Below, one piece after another: positions 27,532 through 37,354 of a stretch of DNA of 64,000 bases. The notes under the pieces were generated by a model, which worked only from the letters and a program-made list of their open reading frames with translations, did no database searches and was not told the DNA's origin. The stretch spans positions 100,603-164,602 of the forward strand of contig CAYYNN010000001.1 in assembly GCA_964473175.1 (NCBI GenBank), in the 5' to 3' direction. Position numbers and translations under genes: made by a program. Source of the stretch: an uncultured Candidatus Saccharibacteria bacterium. Its GTDB lineage: Bacteria; Patescibacteriota; Minisyncoccia; Phycocordibacterales; UBA9973. The first letter of the stretch is position 1. Each line of letters opens with the position of its first letter.

Positions 27532-27835
27532 ACTCGTGCTAGCACGAGAAGCTTCAATTTAAAGGGTTTTTTACGTTGCCATTTTTAGCACCCTTTTGAG
27601 AATCGAACCTGGCTTAAGCCGCTTTTTTCATTAGATACCGTGCGATAGAATTTCGAGAAAGTTCTTCTAATGAATTAGGATATCTTTCCGGCACATCGGC
27701 ATCAATAGTGCCTTCATCGGTATCTACGTTGTATTTTCTATACTTCAAGCTGCTTCTATGACGTCTGTTTAAATAGTATTTGTTTAAAATCCTTTATACT
27801 TTTGAATATTAAGTTCCACCTGTATACCCATTGGT

Positions 27836-28915
27836 TCACAGGTTTATCTTTTTTGTTTTCTTAAATTTTACATCTTGGACGACACGGTGGTAAACACTGT
27901 CGTAGTGGTTTAGCATTTTCTTTAGACTAAAAAATTGCTCCGCTCTATTTCGTACTTGCTTACGATCAATACTGCTGATGCGGCGTATTGCCTCAGTCAT
28001 TTCTTCTTGGTTTTCAACTAAAAATCCTGTTACTCCGTTTTTTACTATTTCTGGAACCGATCCATTAGGAAATGCTATGACTGGGGTGCCGCATGACATT
28101 GCTTCTATTAATACATACCCAAATGCTTCATTATAATACGTAGGAAAGACAACGGCTTTTGCCTTTTGAATCAGAGAAATTTTATCATGTAATGAAACTT
28201 CGCCCACATATCGCACATCTTTGCCATTGATATGCGGTTCAATTCTTTGATGCCAATAGTCCTCAGATCCATAACTTCGCCCAGCAATGCGAAGCATCAC
28301 CCCGGCATCTTTTGCGGCTGCAATAGCAACATGGGCACCTTTGTCATGAGTAATACGTCCTATAAATAACACATAGTCGTCAGGGTTCTCTTCGTATGCA
28401 AAAAGGTCTGTGTCGACACCGTGATATATATTGGCGTACCAGTTGAGCTCTGGCATTTGTTTGCGCTGCGCTAATGAAAACGAAATGTACTTTTCATCGC
28501 GATGCTTCAAAAGAATAGGCTTCATCCATTCTTCAATCGGTGAGTGAATAGAGATAAGCGTAGGAATTTCTTTTTCTAGACGAGAGAAAAATCCGGTCAT
28601 AACATTCATATGACTGTGTATGACATCGTATGAGCCCTTTTGAGCTTCGAGATAACAGTCTGATAGGAGTCCCCATTGTTCATATCGTGCCACAGTAGCC
28701 TTGTTTGCTTCATCATCGTGAAATACGCAGCTTTTTACAGCACCGCTCACTTTAGAGACTGGATCACCGTACAAAGTTACCTCGTTCTTCTTTGCAATAA
28801 AGCCATCGACGAGATGGCCGATATGCGAATAAATAGCCTTGTTCTGGTTGGCAGAGATAGGATGATTTACCGGAGCAATCTGTGCAATATGCAGTTTTTT
28901 GTGTCGAGTGGGCAT
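27836..28915 (-). CDS. Glycosyltransferase family 4
   Basis: FIGRITHDKG, EAFGYVLIEAMSCGTPVI. Confidence 0.92.
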   Translation of the reverse strand: MPTRHKKLHIAQIAPVNHPISANQNKAIYSHIGHLVDGFIAKKNEVTLYGDPVSKVSGAVKSCVFHDDEANKATVARYEQWGLLSDCYLEAQKGSYDVIHSHMNVMTGFFSRLEKEIPTLISIHSPIEEWMKPILLKHRDEKYISFSLAQRKQMPELNWYANIYHGVDTDLFAYEENPDDYVLFIGRITHDKGAHVAIAAAKDAGVMLRIAGRSYGSEDYWHQRIEPHINGKDVRYVGEVSLHDKISLIQKAKAVVFPTYYNEAFGYVLIEAMSCGTPVIAFPNGSVPEIVKNGVTGFLVENQEEMTEAIRRISSIDRKQVRNRAEQFFSLKKMLNHYDSVYHRVVQDVKFKKTKKINL

Positions 28916-28916
28916 A

Positions 28917-30161
28917 TTATTTCATGTGTTTGAAAATCTGATAATAGAGTGGGAATACATTTTTAGGATTGTGGTCCTTGTGTATCTTTTGCTGAAGCTT
29001 TTGAAAACGAGGGATATAGATAGTTTTGTCTTGTATTAACTTCTCTATTGTTTCAACTATTTTCTGACCACTAGCAGTTGGTGGGATAATCATATCACTT
29101 AAACCAAAAGCGTGATAATCAGAAACCCATCCTACCTTGTTTGAAATGACTGCAGGAGTACCAGCAAGCAAGGATTCCATCAGTACTGTGGGCGAAACAT
29201 CAAAGTTCGACGGAATGACTGTGACGTCTTGTTTTTCAAAAAAATGGTGCAACTTGTCGGGCAGCATCTGTGGAACTACTGTGACGATCTTTTCATACCT
29301 GTCCCTAAAATTAGAGACTACATCTGCTCTCCATTTTGTGACAACTTCTAGTATGAGCGGTAGTTTTTTATTTTTTATAAAGGTAGCAAGTCTGAGGATT
29401 GCGCGGTGATTTTTGATACTATCCCAACGAGCAACCATACCGATATTGTATTCGAACTTACTTGCAAGATTCATAGGTACTATGTGCTTAATATCAATGG
29501 GTAACGGGACAATAGATATTTTTTTCTGTATATGAACATCTATAGGCGTCTTGTGAATATCGAAAAATACATCTCGACTGTATTCATTGAGAAATATCTG
29601 ATGCGCGGATTTTTTAATAATTTCTTTTTCAAATCCTATAAGTATTCTTCGCATCGATGGTGAAAAGTGCCGTTGCGACACTATGAGTTCTTTTTTTGCA
29701 ATACCTGCGTGCTGAATACACACAGGCACACCGCGACGATACGCTGTCTCAAGGATAAACCAACTTGAAATATTGAACCCGTTCAAAAATACAATATCAG
29801 GCTTTGCATGTTCAAATACAGTATCAACTTGCTCAAGCCATGGTTGTAGAAGTTTTAAAAAAGCTACTTTAGTAAAGCTTTTTATATAGTTTTCATGGAG
29901 CTTTTGTTTTGGAAAGACTACTTCATAAAAGTCATGTGAACTAGTAGTTTTTCTAATATATATGTCTTCTTTTTTTTCATTATCAGAAAATAGAATAGAT
30001 ACAAGTTCGATATCAGGAGTATTGTGCTCAAAAAAGGTAGTGAAGTTTTGCGCAAATCGTTCTGGACCACCCTGGGCAATAATGGCACTTCCAGGTAGAT
30101 TTACATGGTAGTCATTGCATAGTATTTTGAGTGTTTTCTTATGATGCATAGTAGATTTCAT
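28917..30161 (-). CDS. Glycosyltransferase family 4 (divergent)
   Basis: GGPERF, VARWDSIKN, PSNFDVSPTVLMESLLAGTP. Confidence 0.8.
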   Translation of the reverse strand: MKSTMHHKKTLKILCNDYHVNLPGSAIIAQGGPERFAQNFTTFFEHNTPDIELVSILFSDNEKKEDIYIRKTTSSHDFYEVVFPKQKLHENYIKSFTKVAFLKLLQPWLEQVDTVFEHAKPDIVFLNGFNISSWFILETAYRRGVPVCIQHAGIAKKELIVSQRHFSPSMRRILIGFEKEIIKKSAHQIFLNEYSRDVFFDIHKTPIDVHIQKKISIVPLPIDIKHIVPMNLASKFEYNIGMVARWDSIKNHRAILRLATFIKNKKLPLILEVVTKWRADVVSNFRDRYEKIVTVVPQMLPDKLHHFFEKQDVTVIPSNFDVSPTVLMESLLAGTPAVISNKVGWVSDYHAFGLSDMIIPPTASGQKIVETIEKLIQDKTIYIPRFQKLQQKIHKDHNPKNVFPLYYQIFKHMK

Positions 30162-30220
30162 TATACATATTTTTATAAAAATGTAAATACCTTATCCTAT
30201 ACAGCACATACCTACCTACC

Positions 30221-30817
30221 CTACCTCTCCCGTGGTCGCTGCTTGCGCACAATAATGAATACTCCAACACACAGGAGGATAAGTATTAGCAACGTGCGCC
30301 CAATAATAGAGCTCAGTGCCTGCCAGTTACTCCCAAAAATGTACCCAATCGTGCCGTAGACCCCTACCTGGAACACTTCACCGAGGATTTCGTAGAACAA
30401 AAATGTGCGGTATCGCACCTTGCCGAGCCCGGCTATGAGGTTGACGGCGAGGTTAGTGAACACTTCAAAACGACTAATAAATATAATAAATCCCGGGCGC
30501 CGTACAATACGTGCTTCAATCCTTTTGTAACGATCTGATGCGAGTACTTTGCGAAAACCGATCTTGTTCAAGATAGGTCTGCCATAGTATCGAGCCAACC
30601 AATACCCTGTATTGTCTCCTGCGATGTTGCCAAGTGTTGCAACCACAAGCACGAGCCATATATTGAAATACCCTTGATATGCAAATGCAGCGGAGGCCAT
30701 AATAAGTGTACCTGGAGGAATAGGTAGAAAAAATGCCGCAATAAATGTAATACCGAACAGTGCCCAGTATTTATACAGGAGGAGAAACGGCAGAATTGCT
30801 TGAATGACAGAGTTCAT
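30221..30817 (-). CDS. DedA family membrane protein
   Basis: PIPPG, GDNTGYWLAR, ISRF, AG..YRTF. Confidence 0.9.
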   Translation of the reverse strand: MNSVIQAILPFLLLYKYWALFGITFIAAFFLPIPPGTLIMASAAFAYQGYFNIWLVLVVATLGNIAGDNTGYWLARYYGRPILNKIGFRKVLASDRYKRIEARIVRRPGFIIFISRFEVFTNLAVNLIAGLGKVRYRTFLFYEILGEVFQVGVYGTIGYIFGSNWQALSSIIGRTLLILILLCVGVFIIVRKQRPRER

Positions 30818-30822
30818 AAGTA

Positions 30823-31185
30823 TTATTCTCCGTACTCAGCGATACGTAGTGTGATGTTTTCAATCAACGCTTCCTGGTCTATGGATATTTCTTTTGCATA
30901 ACGTCTGATCTCAAGGTTGGGATAGCGTTCACTATCGATAGCAAGCGAGTCCCGTAGATACTCAGACGGCAGGTTAAACAATATGTTGATATAGTTAAAT
31001 GTCATCCATGGTTCGATGTGGCGCTCTGCTATGTCATGCGGCCGATGCGTGCGTGATACATAGAAGTCTTTGATCAATACCGATGATTCACCAATGATCA
31101 GTAGTACAAGTGCAAGTACGACCAGTGTACGGATGACCGCATCCTTCTTGATATACGCGTGTACTTTGTGTGGAATGTCAGTCAT
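30823..31185 (-). CDS. Membrane-anchored hypothetical protein
   Basis: TM helix followed by WMTFNYINILFNLP; coupled to dedA. Confidence 0.7.
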   Translation of the reverse strand: MTDIPHKVHAYIKKDAVIRTLVVLALVLLIIGESSVLIKDFYVSRTHRPHDIAERHIEPWMTFNYINILFNLPSEYLRDSLAIDSERYPNLEIRRYAKEISIDQEALIENITLRIAEYGE

Positions 31186-31427
31186 ATTAGTTTGTCTATT
31201 TCAGTTGCGAGCTCTCGATCGCGATCAGTAACCATGTCACCCGCATCGTGAGTTGAAAGGGTCAGACGTACTTGGTCGTAGCTGTTCCAAATCTCAGGAT
31301 GATGGTGCATACCATCAGCGATGGCCGCGACTCGGTCGATGAAGTCTATCGCGTCCATAAAGGTCGCAAACCCGAACTCCCGCACGAGCTTGTTGTCCAC
31401 AGTTTTCCAAAATGACGGGATAGGCAT
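31182..31427 (-). CDS. phhB: Pterin-4-alpha-carbinolamine dehydratase
   Basis: HHPEI and LSTHDAG..VTDRD. Confidence 0.9.
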   Translation of the reverse strand: MPIPSFWKTVDNKLVREFGFATFMDAIDFIDRVAAIADGMHHHPEIWNSYDQVRLTLSTHDAGDMVTDRDRELATEIDKLI

Positions 31428-31441
31428 AGGGGTAGTATAGC

Positions 31442-31471
31442 AAAAAAATGCCACTGAATTACAGTGGCATT
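31442..31471 (-). terminator. Intrinsic terminator
   Basis: aatgccactg-aatta-cagtggcatt with minus-strand T tract. Confidence 0.7.
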
Positions 31472-31475
31472 AGTT

Positions 31476-31976
31476 TTACTTTTTTAGTGTAACGATTTTG
31501 TTGATAATCAACTCAGTAACAATTTGTCGTGCAATATCTTCTTTGGTACTTGTATCCACCGAAGGAGTGAACTGAAATAAATTGCGGCTATTTTCAAATA
31601 AACTTATTTGTTTTATAGCATCATGTATATCTTCAGTAAGCTCAGGCTCTAGTACACCTTTTGATATCAGTCTTTTTTCGATAGTACTTTTATTGGCATT
31701 AAGAAATATACTAAAAATAGTAAAGTCTGAATTTTCTACGAGATCTATGAGGTCAGACACGTATGGATTCATTATTAATATTTGTTTACTTTCTTGTGCT
31801 TTTAAAATATCTGAAATGAAAGACTGGACGTTTTCTTTGGAGGGATATTGTTTTAATGCAACAGATTTTGATGACATTATTGAATATGGCTCAAAGTATT
31901 TAAAGAGTTCTTTTGTTACTGAAGTCTTTCCTACGCCGTAGGGACTACAAATAGCTACTCCGTCATATTTCTTCAT
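31476..31976 (-). CDS. P-loop protein, nucleoside-monophosphate/guanylate-kinase-like
   Basis: SPYGVGKTS Walker A, SIFL..TIEKRL lid-like motif; very AT-rich. Confidence 0.55.
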   Translation of the reverse strand: MKKYDGVAICSPYGVGKTSVTKELFKYFEPYSIMSSKSVALKQYPSKENVQSFISDILKAQESKQILIMNPYVSDLIDLVENSDFTIFSIFLNANKSTIEKRLISKGVLEPELTEDIHDAIKQISLFENSRNLFQFTPSVDTSTKEDIARQIVTELIINKIVTLKK

Positions 31977-32039
31977 AGTTAATTTTTTACTACCTTACCA
32001 CACCTGTCCCCAAACGCAATCATTTGGTATAGTGTCGGG

Positions 32040-33224
32040 ATGAAAATTCTCGCTATAGAGACCAGCTGCGACGAGACCGGGATATCTATCCTGGAACATT
32101 CCCACGGAAGCATGGTGATGCTCCTCGGCAATGCATTGGCGTCGCAAATAGAACTTCATGCGCAATACGGTGGAGTATTCCCGAGCTTGGCAAAGCGCGC
32201 GCATGCAGAAAAAATAGTTCCACTACTCCAAGAAGCACTTGATGAAGCATTTCTCCTTGATGCGACAGATGCACCAGATACTTCTATCGCCGAGAGGCTT
32301 TCATTTTTGGATGAAAAAGAATCAACACTCAAAGAGCAGTTACTACCTTTCTTGACCTACTATGCAAAGCCTGACATCGACTATATCGCCGTCACTGTCG
32401 GCCCTGGCCTCGAACCAGCACTGTGGGTTGGAGTCAACGCCGCTCGAGCGCTCTCTGTCGCATGGAACATCCCGGTGATACCTATCAACCATATGGAAGG
32501 TCATGTCGTCACGGCAGCATTTACAGAAGTAGAAAAAAAAGAATTTACATTCATGGATCTCAGTTTTCCGGTACTTGCACTACTCGTGTCTGGAGGTCAT
32601 TCAGAGCTCGTACTCGCCGATTCATTTGGTACATACTCCAAACTGGGACAAACTCGTGACGACGCAGTCGGCGAAGCCTTTGACAAAGTTGCGCGCATGC
32701 TCGGTCTCCCATACCCTGGCGGCCCAGCCGTGTCAAAAATGGCGGCAGAATTTCGAAAACAAGATGTACTCAACATGTTTGTACTACCCCGTCCGATGCT
32801 TCATTCACCTGACTATGACTTCTCTTTTTCTGGTATAAAAACGGCAACACTCTATGCTATCAGAGACCTCACCGACAACAATACTCGCGAACTCACTGAT
32901 CAAGAAAAAATGGCGCTTGCAGCAGCATTTGAGGATGCAGTAGTAGAAGTATTAGTTAAAAAGACGACTGCTGCCGCAACTGAGTTCAACGCACAGACTA
33001 TCATCGTTGGTGGTGGTGTCGCTGGTAACACGTATCTCAAAGCTCAACTCAGCAAAGCTGTTGCCAAAAAGCTTCCTGATACAACACTCCTTTTCCCTGA
33101 ACAATGGCTTGCAACAGATAATGCAATCATGATCGGGTTGGCGGCAATGACGCAAGTAATGAGCGGACAAATAAAAACCGCCCCCAGTGATGAACTGAGA
33201 GCGGATGGGAATTTGAGTTTGTAA
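32040..33224 (+). CDS. tsaD: tRNA t6A threonylcarbamoyltransferase TsaD
   Basis: IETSCDET, GPGL, HMEGH, VSGGH, DDAVGEAFDK, TDNAIMI. Confidence 0.97.
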   Translation: MKILAIETSCDETGISILEHSHGSMVMLLGNALASQIELHAQYGGVFPSLAKRAHAEKIVPLLQEALDEAFLLDATDAPDTSIAERLSFLDEKESTLKEQLLPFLTYYAKPDIDYIAVTVGPGLEPALWVGVNAARALSVAWNIPVIPINHMEGHVVTAAFTEVEKKEFTFMDLSFPVLALLVSGGHSELVLADSFGTYSKLGQTRDDAVGEAFDKVARMLGLPYPGGPAVSKMAAEFRKQDVLNMFVLPRPMLHSPDYDFSFSGIKTATLYAIRDLTDNNTRELTDQEKMALAAAFEDAVVEVLVKKTTAAATEFNAQTIIVGGGVAGNTYLKAQLSKAVAKKLPDTTLLFPEQWLATDNAIMIGLAAMTQVMSGQIKTAPSDELRADGNLSL

Positions 33225-33226
33225 AA

Positions 33227-33406
33227 TTAATCCCTTATATAGCAATCAATATTTACTTTAAAGTTTTTACTACTAGAAATACCTCTAAGTTTTTGATTGA
33301 TTTTAAATACTCTGTGATGCTTTTTTTGTTTTAGTGCTTGTTTCAAAAAAATCTCTCTTTGTTTTCTTGAACCTTTTTTTATCTTTGACATAATCATTTT
33401 TTTCAT
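33227..33406 (-). CDS. Small highly basic hypothetical protein (59 aa)
   Basis: Hand translation MKKMIMSKIKKGSRKQREIFLKQALKQKKHHRVFKINQKLRGISSSKNFKVNIDCYIRD; fills the tsaD-valS gap; TTGACA-16-TACATT upstream. Confidence 0.45.
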   Translation of the reverse strand: MKKMIMSKIKKGSRKQREIFLKQALKQKKHHRVFKINQKLRGISSSKNFKVNIDCYIRD

Positions 33407-33475
33407 AATGTATACTATTTTTATATTTTGTCAATCCCTCTCCCCAAAACGCCTTAAAATTGCTATCATTTGTCC

Positions 33476-35611
33476 ATGGAAACCTCCTCTATTCCCTCTT
33501 TGCCTGAGAAACTTCTCAAACCATACAATCCAGTCGACGAAGAATCTCGTTTATATAAAAAATGGGAAGACTCTGGATACTTCACTCCCGAGAACATGAT
33601 CAAGGATGGTCTGACCGCTGCTGATGCAAAACCATTCACCATCATACTCCCTCCACCCAACGTCACCGGACAACTGCACATGGGTCACGCAATGATGCTC
33701 ACCATCCAAGACATACTCATCCGCTACAAACGCATGCAAGGGTTCCGTACACTCTGGCTTCCTGGCACCGACCACGCAGCTATTGCAACACAGTCCAAAG
33801 TAGAAAAAGAAATACAGAAAGCTGAGGGCAAATCTCGTCACGACCTTGGACGTGAAGAAATGCTTAAGCGCATCGAAAGCTTTGCGCAAGACTCGCACGA
33901 TACGATCGTCAACCAAATGAAAGTTATGGGTGCAAGTTGCGACTGGACACGCGAAGCATTCACACTCGATGAAAAGCGAACGCTTGCAGTTCGTACCGTG
34001 TTCAAGTCTATGTATGACGATGGACTGATCTATCGCGGACACCGCATCATCAACTGGGATCCCAAAGGTCAGACAACGATCAGTGATGACGAGATCGTAC
34101 ACGAAGCGCGCAAAGCAACGATGTATACGTTCAAGTATTCCAAAGACTTCCCTATTGCGATCTCTACCACTCGTCCTGAGACCAAAGTTGGTGACGTAGC
34201 AGTTGCAGTTCATCCTGATGATGCGCGATACACACAGTACGTAGGAAAAGAATACGATGTAGTATTTTGCGGTGTACCAATCCATATCAAAGTGATCGCT
34301 GACAAAGAAGTAGACCCTGCGTTTGGAACTGGTGCACTTGGGGTTACGCCAGCACACTCTATGACTGACTGGGAAATTGCGGACAGACATGATTTGCCTC
34401 GCCCACAAGTGATCAATGAATACGCCAAGATGACTGTTGGCGCCGAGCGTCTCATGGGCAAGAAAGTATCAGAGGCACGCGAAACCATCGTGTCCTGGCT
34501 TCGCGACGAAGTACTCTTAGAAAAAGAAGAAGTGATCGACCAAAACGTTGCGACTGCAGAACGCACAGGCGGCATCATCGAGCCATTGCCCAAGCTTCAG
34601 TGGTTTATCGATGTGAACAAACCAATCCCCGCACGTGGCAACAAATCTCTCAAAGACCTCACGCGAGAACCAGTTGCAGACGGGCGCATCGGCATCATTC
34701 CCGAATACTTCGACAAGACATATTTCCACTGGATCGACAACCTCCGCGACTGGTGTATTTCTCGGCAGATTTGGTACGGACATCGCATCCCGGTCTGGTA
34801 CAAAGGAGATGAAATTTATACTGGCGTAGAAGCACCTGTTGGAAATGATTGGGAACAAGATGCTGACACGCTTGATACATGGTTCTCGTCTGCTATGTGG
34901 ACATTCTCAACATTGGGATGGCCTGAGCAAACTGCTGATTTAAAAACCTATCACCCAACAACAGTTCTAGAGACAGGTCCTGATATTTTATTCTTTTGGG
35001 TGGCACGTATGGTACTTATGACAGGCTACGTTTTAGACACTATTCCTTTTGAGAAAATATATTTGCACGGGCTCGTCCGGGACGCAAAGGGTCAGAAAAT
35101 GTCAAAGTCTCTCGGTAACGCCATGGACCCACTCGACATCGCCGCAAAATACGGCGCAGACGCTGGACGTATGGCATTGATATTCGGCACGGCTCCCGGC
35201 ACCGACTCCAAGATTTCTGAAGACAAGATCAAGGGCCAGAAACACTTTGCAAATAAAATATGGAATATCACACGGTTTGTACTTGGACAACAAAACACTG
35301 GTGAAATAAAACAAGAACTCAAACATGAGTTTGATGCTCTTGCACAATCCATCAGTACTGACCTTGATGCATTTCGACTCCACACCGCTGCAGAGACGCT
35401 CTACAACTACATTTGGACACGCTTTGCTGACGAGATACTTGAAGCTAGTAAAAAAGAAACTGGTTATGGCGCAACGCTTCACTATATTCTCGAAGGTTCA
35501 TTGAAACTCCTTCACCCATTCATGCCATTTGTTACCGAATCCATCTGGGAGCTTCTTCCGCAAAAAGATAGTACACTATTGATGACACAGCAATGGCCAA
35601 CCTCAGCATAA
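33476..35611 (+). CDS. valS: Valine-tRNA ligase (no C-terminal coiled-coil arm)
   Basis: PPPNVTGQLHMGH, DWCISRQIWYGH, KMSKS. Confidence 0.98.
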   Translation: METSSIPSLPEKLLKPYNPVDEESRLYKKWEDSGYFTPENMIKDGLTAADAKPFTIILPPPNVTGQLHMGHAMMLTIQDILIRYKRMQGFRTLWLPGTDHAAIATQSKVEKEIQKAEGKSRHDLGREEMLKRIESFAQDSHDTIVNQMKVMGASCDWTREAFTLDEKRTLAVRTVFKSMYDDGLIYRGHRIINWDPKGQTTISDDEIVHEARKATMYTFKYSKDFPIAISTTRPETKVGDVAVAVHPDDARYTQYVGKEYDVVFCGVPIHIKVIADKEVDPAFGTGALGVTPAHSMTDWEIADRHDLPRPQVINEYAKMTVGAERLMGKKVSEARETIVSWLRDEVLLEKEEVIDQNVATAERTGGIIEPLPKLQWFIDVNKPIPARGNKSLKDLTREPVADGRIGIIPEYFDKTYFHWIDNLRDWCISRQIWYGHRIPVWYKGDEIYTGVEAPVGNDWEQDADTLDTWFSSAMWTFSTLGWPEQTADLKTYHPTTVLETGPDILFFWVARMVLMTGYVLDTIPFEKIYLHGLVRDAKGQKMSKSLGNAMDPLDIAAKYGADAGRMALIFGTAPGTDSKISEDKIKGQKHFANKIWNITRFVLGQQNTGEIKQELKHEFDALAQSISTDLDAFRLHTAAETLYNYIWTRFADEILEASKKETGYGATLHYILEGSLKLLHPFMPFVTESIWELLPQKDSTLLMTQQWPTSA

Positions 35612-36285
35612 GTCCGACTACGATGGCAGTGCTCATCGGAATACTGCCATCACTTATATGGCTCATTTTTTGGCAACGACTCACTCGCGACCGCAAAGAA
35701 CCTGCGCTCATCATTATTATCTGTTTTCTTTTGGGAGGAGCGAGTGTTTTCCTTGCAACGTTCCTCCAAAATATCTTCAAAGATGCAGTCGCTGACCCAC
35801 AAACACGTATTGTAGTATGGGCAGGCATTGAGGAAGCACTGAAGTTTGGGGTGTTTTATATTGTTGCGTGGAAAAGCTCCTATGATAAAGAAGCGCTTGA
35901 TCCTGCGATGTATCTCATTGCTGTTGCTTTAGGCTTTGCTGCGCTTGAGAATATCTTTTATGTATTAGAACCTGCAGCAAGTTTTAATATCACCGCAAGT
36001 TTACTTACCGGAGGACTTCGGTTTTTTGGTTCAACACTACTTCACACAATTGCATCGTGTTTTGTCGGTATTACTATCACACTTTCCCCGAAAATCATCC
36101 GCGGATTTGGTATGATACTGGGACTTCTAGGTGCAATCTTCTTGCATAGTACGTTTAACTTTTTTATACTTAAGAACGACACTGCAAGCTTCCTTCAAAT
36201 TTATGGATACTTGTGGATCGTTGCCATTATTAGTCACGTCATTCTCGAGAAATTCCGCCGATACCCTCCGAGAGCATTGGCATAA
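35593..36285 (+). CDS. PrsW family intramembrane metalloprotease
   Basis: IEEALK, GFAALEN, LH..LHSTFN. Confidence 0.9.
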   Translation: MANLSISPTTMAVLIGILPSLIWLIFWQRLTRDRKEPALIIIICFLLGGASVFLATFLQNIFKDAVADPQTRIVVWAGIEEALKFGVFYIVAWKSSYDKEALDPAMYLIAVALGFAALENIFYVLEPAASFNITASLLTGGLRFFGSTLLHTIASCFVGITITLSPKIIRGFGMILGLLGAIFLHSTFNFFILKNDTASFLQIYGYLWIVAIISHVILEKFRRYPPRALA

Positions 36286-36303
36286 CATCCCCATTACCAC
36301 ACT

Positions 36304-36804
36304 ATGAAAAAGCCATCATTTTTTGAACGACTCGCCGGCAACCTTCGTTTCGACGACACTGACGAGATAGAAGTAACAGTAGAGTCTAAAAAAGAGACCC
36401 CTCATACTGAAAAACGCGAACTTCATATTCATGAAGAATTTCCTAATACCAAAAAACATGCGTCCACCGAAGAAGTTGGCGAGCTTCCCGTTGATGTATA
36501 CGAAACAACAAACGAAATCATTATTCAAACACTCATCGCTGGAGTACTTCCTGATAACCTCACTATTGATATCACCCGAGACGTCGTTTCAATACGAGGG
36601 AAACGAGAGGAAAGCAAAGGTGTGCCAAATGAGTCATATCACGTACGCGAACTCTACTGGGGCGCATTTGAACGCATTGTAGACCTACCTGAAGAGGTGG
36701 AAATCGACAACGCCGAAGCCATCGAACGCCACGGCATGCTCATCATCAAAATGCCAAAAGTTGATAAGCGACGCCGAAGTGTTCTCAAGATCAAATCGAT
36801 ATAA
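36304..36804 (+). CDS. Hsp20/alpha-crystallin small heat-shock protein
   Basis: PVDVYET, RELYWGAFER.VDLP, GMLIIKMPK. Confidence 0.92.
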   Translation: MKKPSFFERLAGNLRFDDTDEIEVTVESKKETPHTEKRELHIHEEFPNTKKHASTEEVGELPVDVYETTNEIIIQTLIAGVLPDNLTIDITRDVVSIRGKREESKGVPNESYHVRELYWGAFERIVDLPEEVEIDNAEAIERHGMLIIKMPKVDKRRRSVLKIKSI

Positions 36805-36834
36805 CAAAAACCCCCGATCGGGGGTTTTTGTTAT
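36801..36834. terminator. Bidirectional terminator (perfect 34-bp palindrome)
   Basis: ataacaaaaacccccgatcgggggtttttgttat between convergent hsp20 and tRNA-Phe. Confidence 0.88.
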
Positions 36835-36837
36835 TTG

Positions 36838-36910
36838 TGCTCAAGACCAGACTTGAACTGGTGACATCTCCCTCTTCAGGGGAGCGCTCTACCAACTGAG
36901 CTACTTGAGC
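36838..36910 (-). tRNA. tRNA-Phe(GAA)
   Basis: GCTCAAG...CTCCC-CTGAAGA-GGGAG...GTTCAAGTC...CTTGAGC-A. Confidence 0.96.
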
Positions 36911-36966
36911 AATTTTTGCTTTATTTGGTACACATTTTATACACGAAAAACACCCAAAAAGCAACG

Positions 36967-37245
36967 TTACTCTGTGAGTGTTTTGATCAAATCCGAGTAA
37001 TCTGTCGTAGATGATGACGTACGTTCGTCAGCGCTGTTATTGAGACCATATGACGCACCAAGTTGTGAGATATATGGCTTAATGAGCGCGATTGATATGA
37101 ATCCTAGCGCAATGAGAACAATCCAGTACACAATCTTTGTCGCTTGCGCAAGCTTTTGGCCACGACGAAGTTTGCGTAACATCGCGTTGTTTTCTGTGAG
37201 GGTTTTTTCGATTGCACGAAGTCGTTGCTCGAGTTCTATGTCCAT
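36967..37245 (-). CDS. Small membrane hypothetical protein
   Basis: Coiled coil (ENNAMLRKLRR) plus one TM helix; TGGTATACT 6 nt upstream of ATG. Confidence 0.7.
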   Translation of the reverse strand: MDIELEQRLRAIEKTLTENNAMLRKLRRGQKLAQATKIVYWIVLIALGFISIALIKPYISQLGASYGLNNSADERTSSSTTDYSDLIKTLTE

Positions 37246-37267
37246 AAAAATAGTATACCAAATACTG

Positions 37268-37339
37268 TGCCCTCAGCACGAATCGAACGCACATTAATCC
37301 CTTAGGACGGGATTGTTCTATCCATTAAACTATGAAGGC
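37268..37339 (-). tRNA. tRNA-Arg(CCT)
   Basis: GCCTTCA...ATCCC-GTCCTAA-GGGAT...GTTCGATTC...TGAGGGC-A. Confidence 0.93.
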
Positions 37340-37354
37340 TCGATACATGGTAGC

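Noticed and set aside
27614-27790. ~59-codon minus-strand open frame downstream of the GT4 gene
   Set aside because: No ATG start near its 5' end and no recognisable motif; may be a gene remnant but cannot be supported
33551-34408. 285-aa minus-strand ORF
   Set aside because: Antisense to valS
36801-36834. 34-bp perfect palindrome as a recombination site
   Set aside because: Fully explained as a bidirectional terminator between convergent hsp20 and tRNA-Phe
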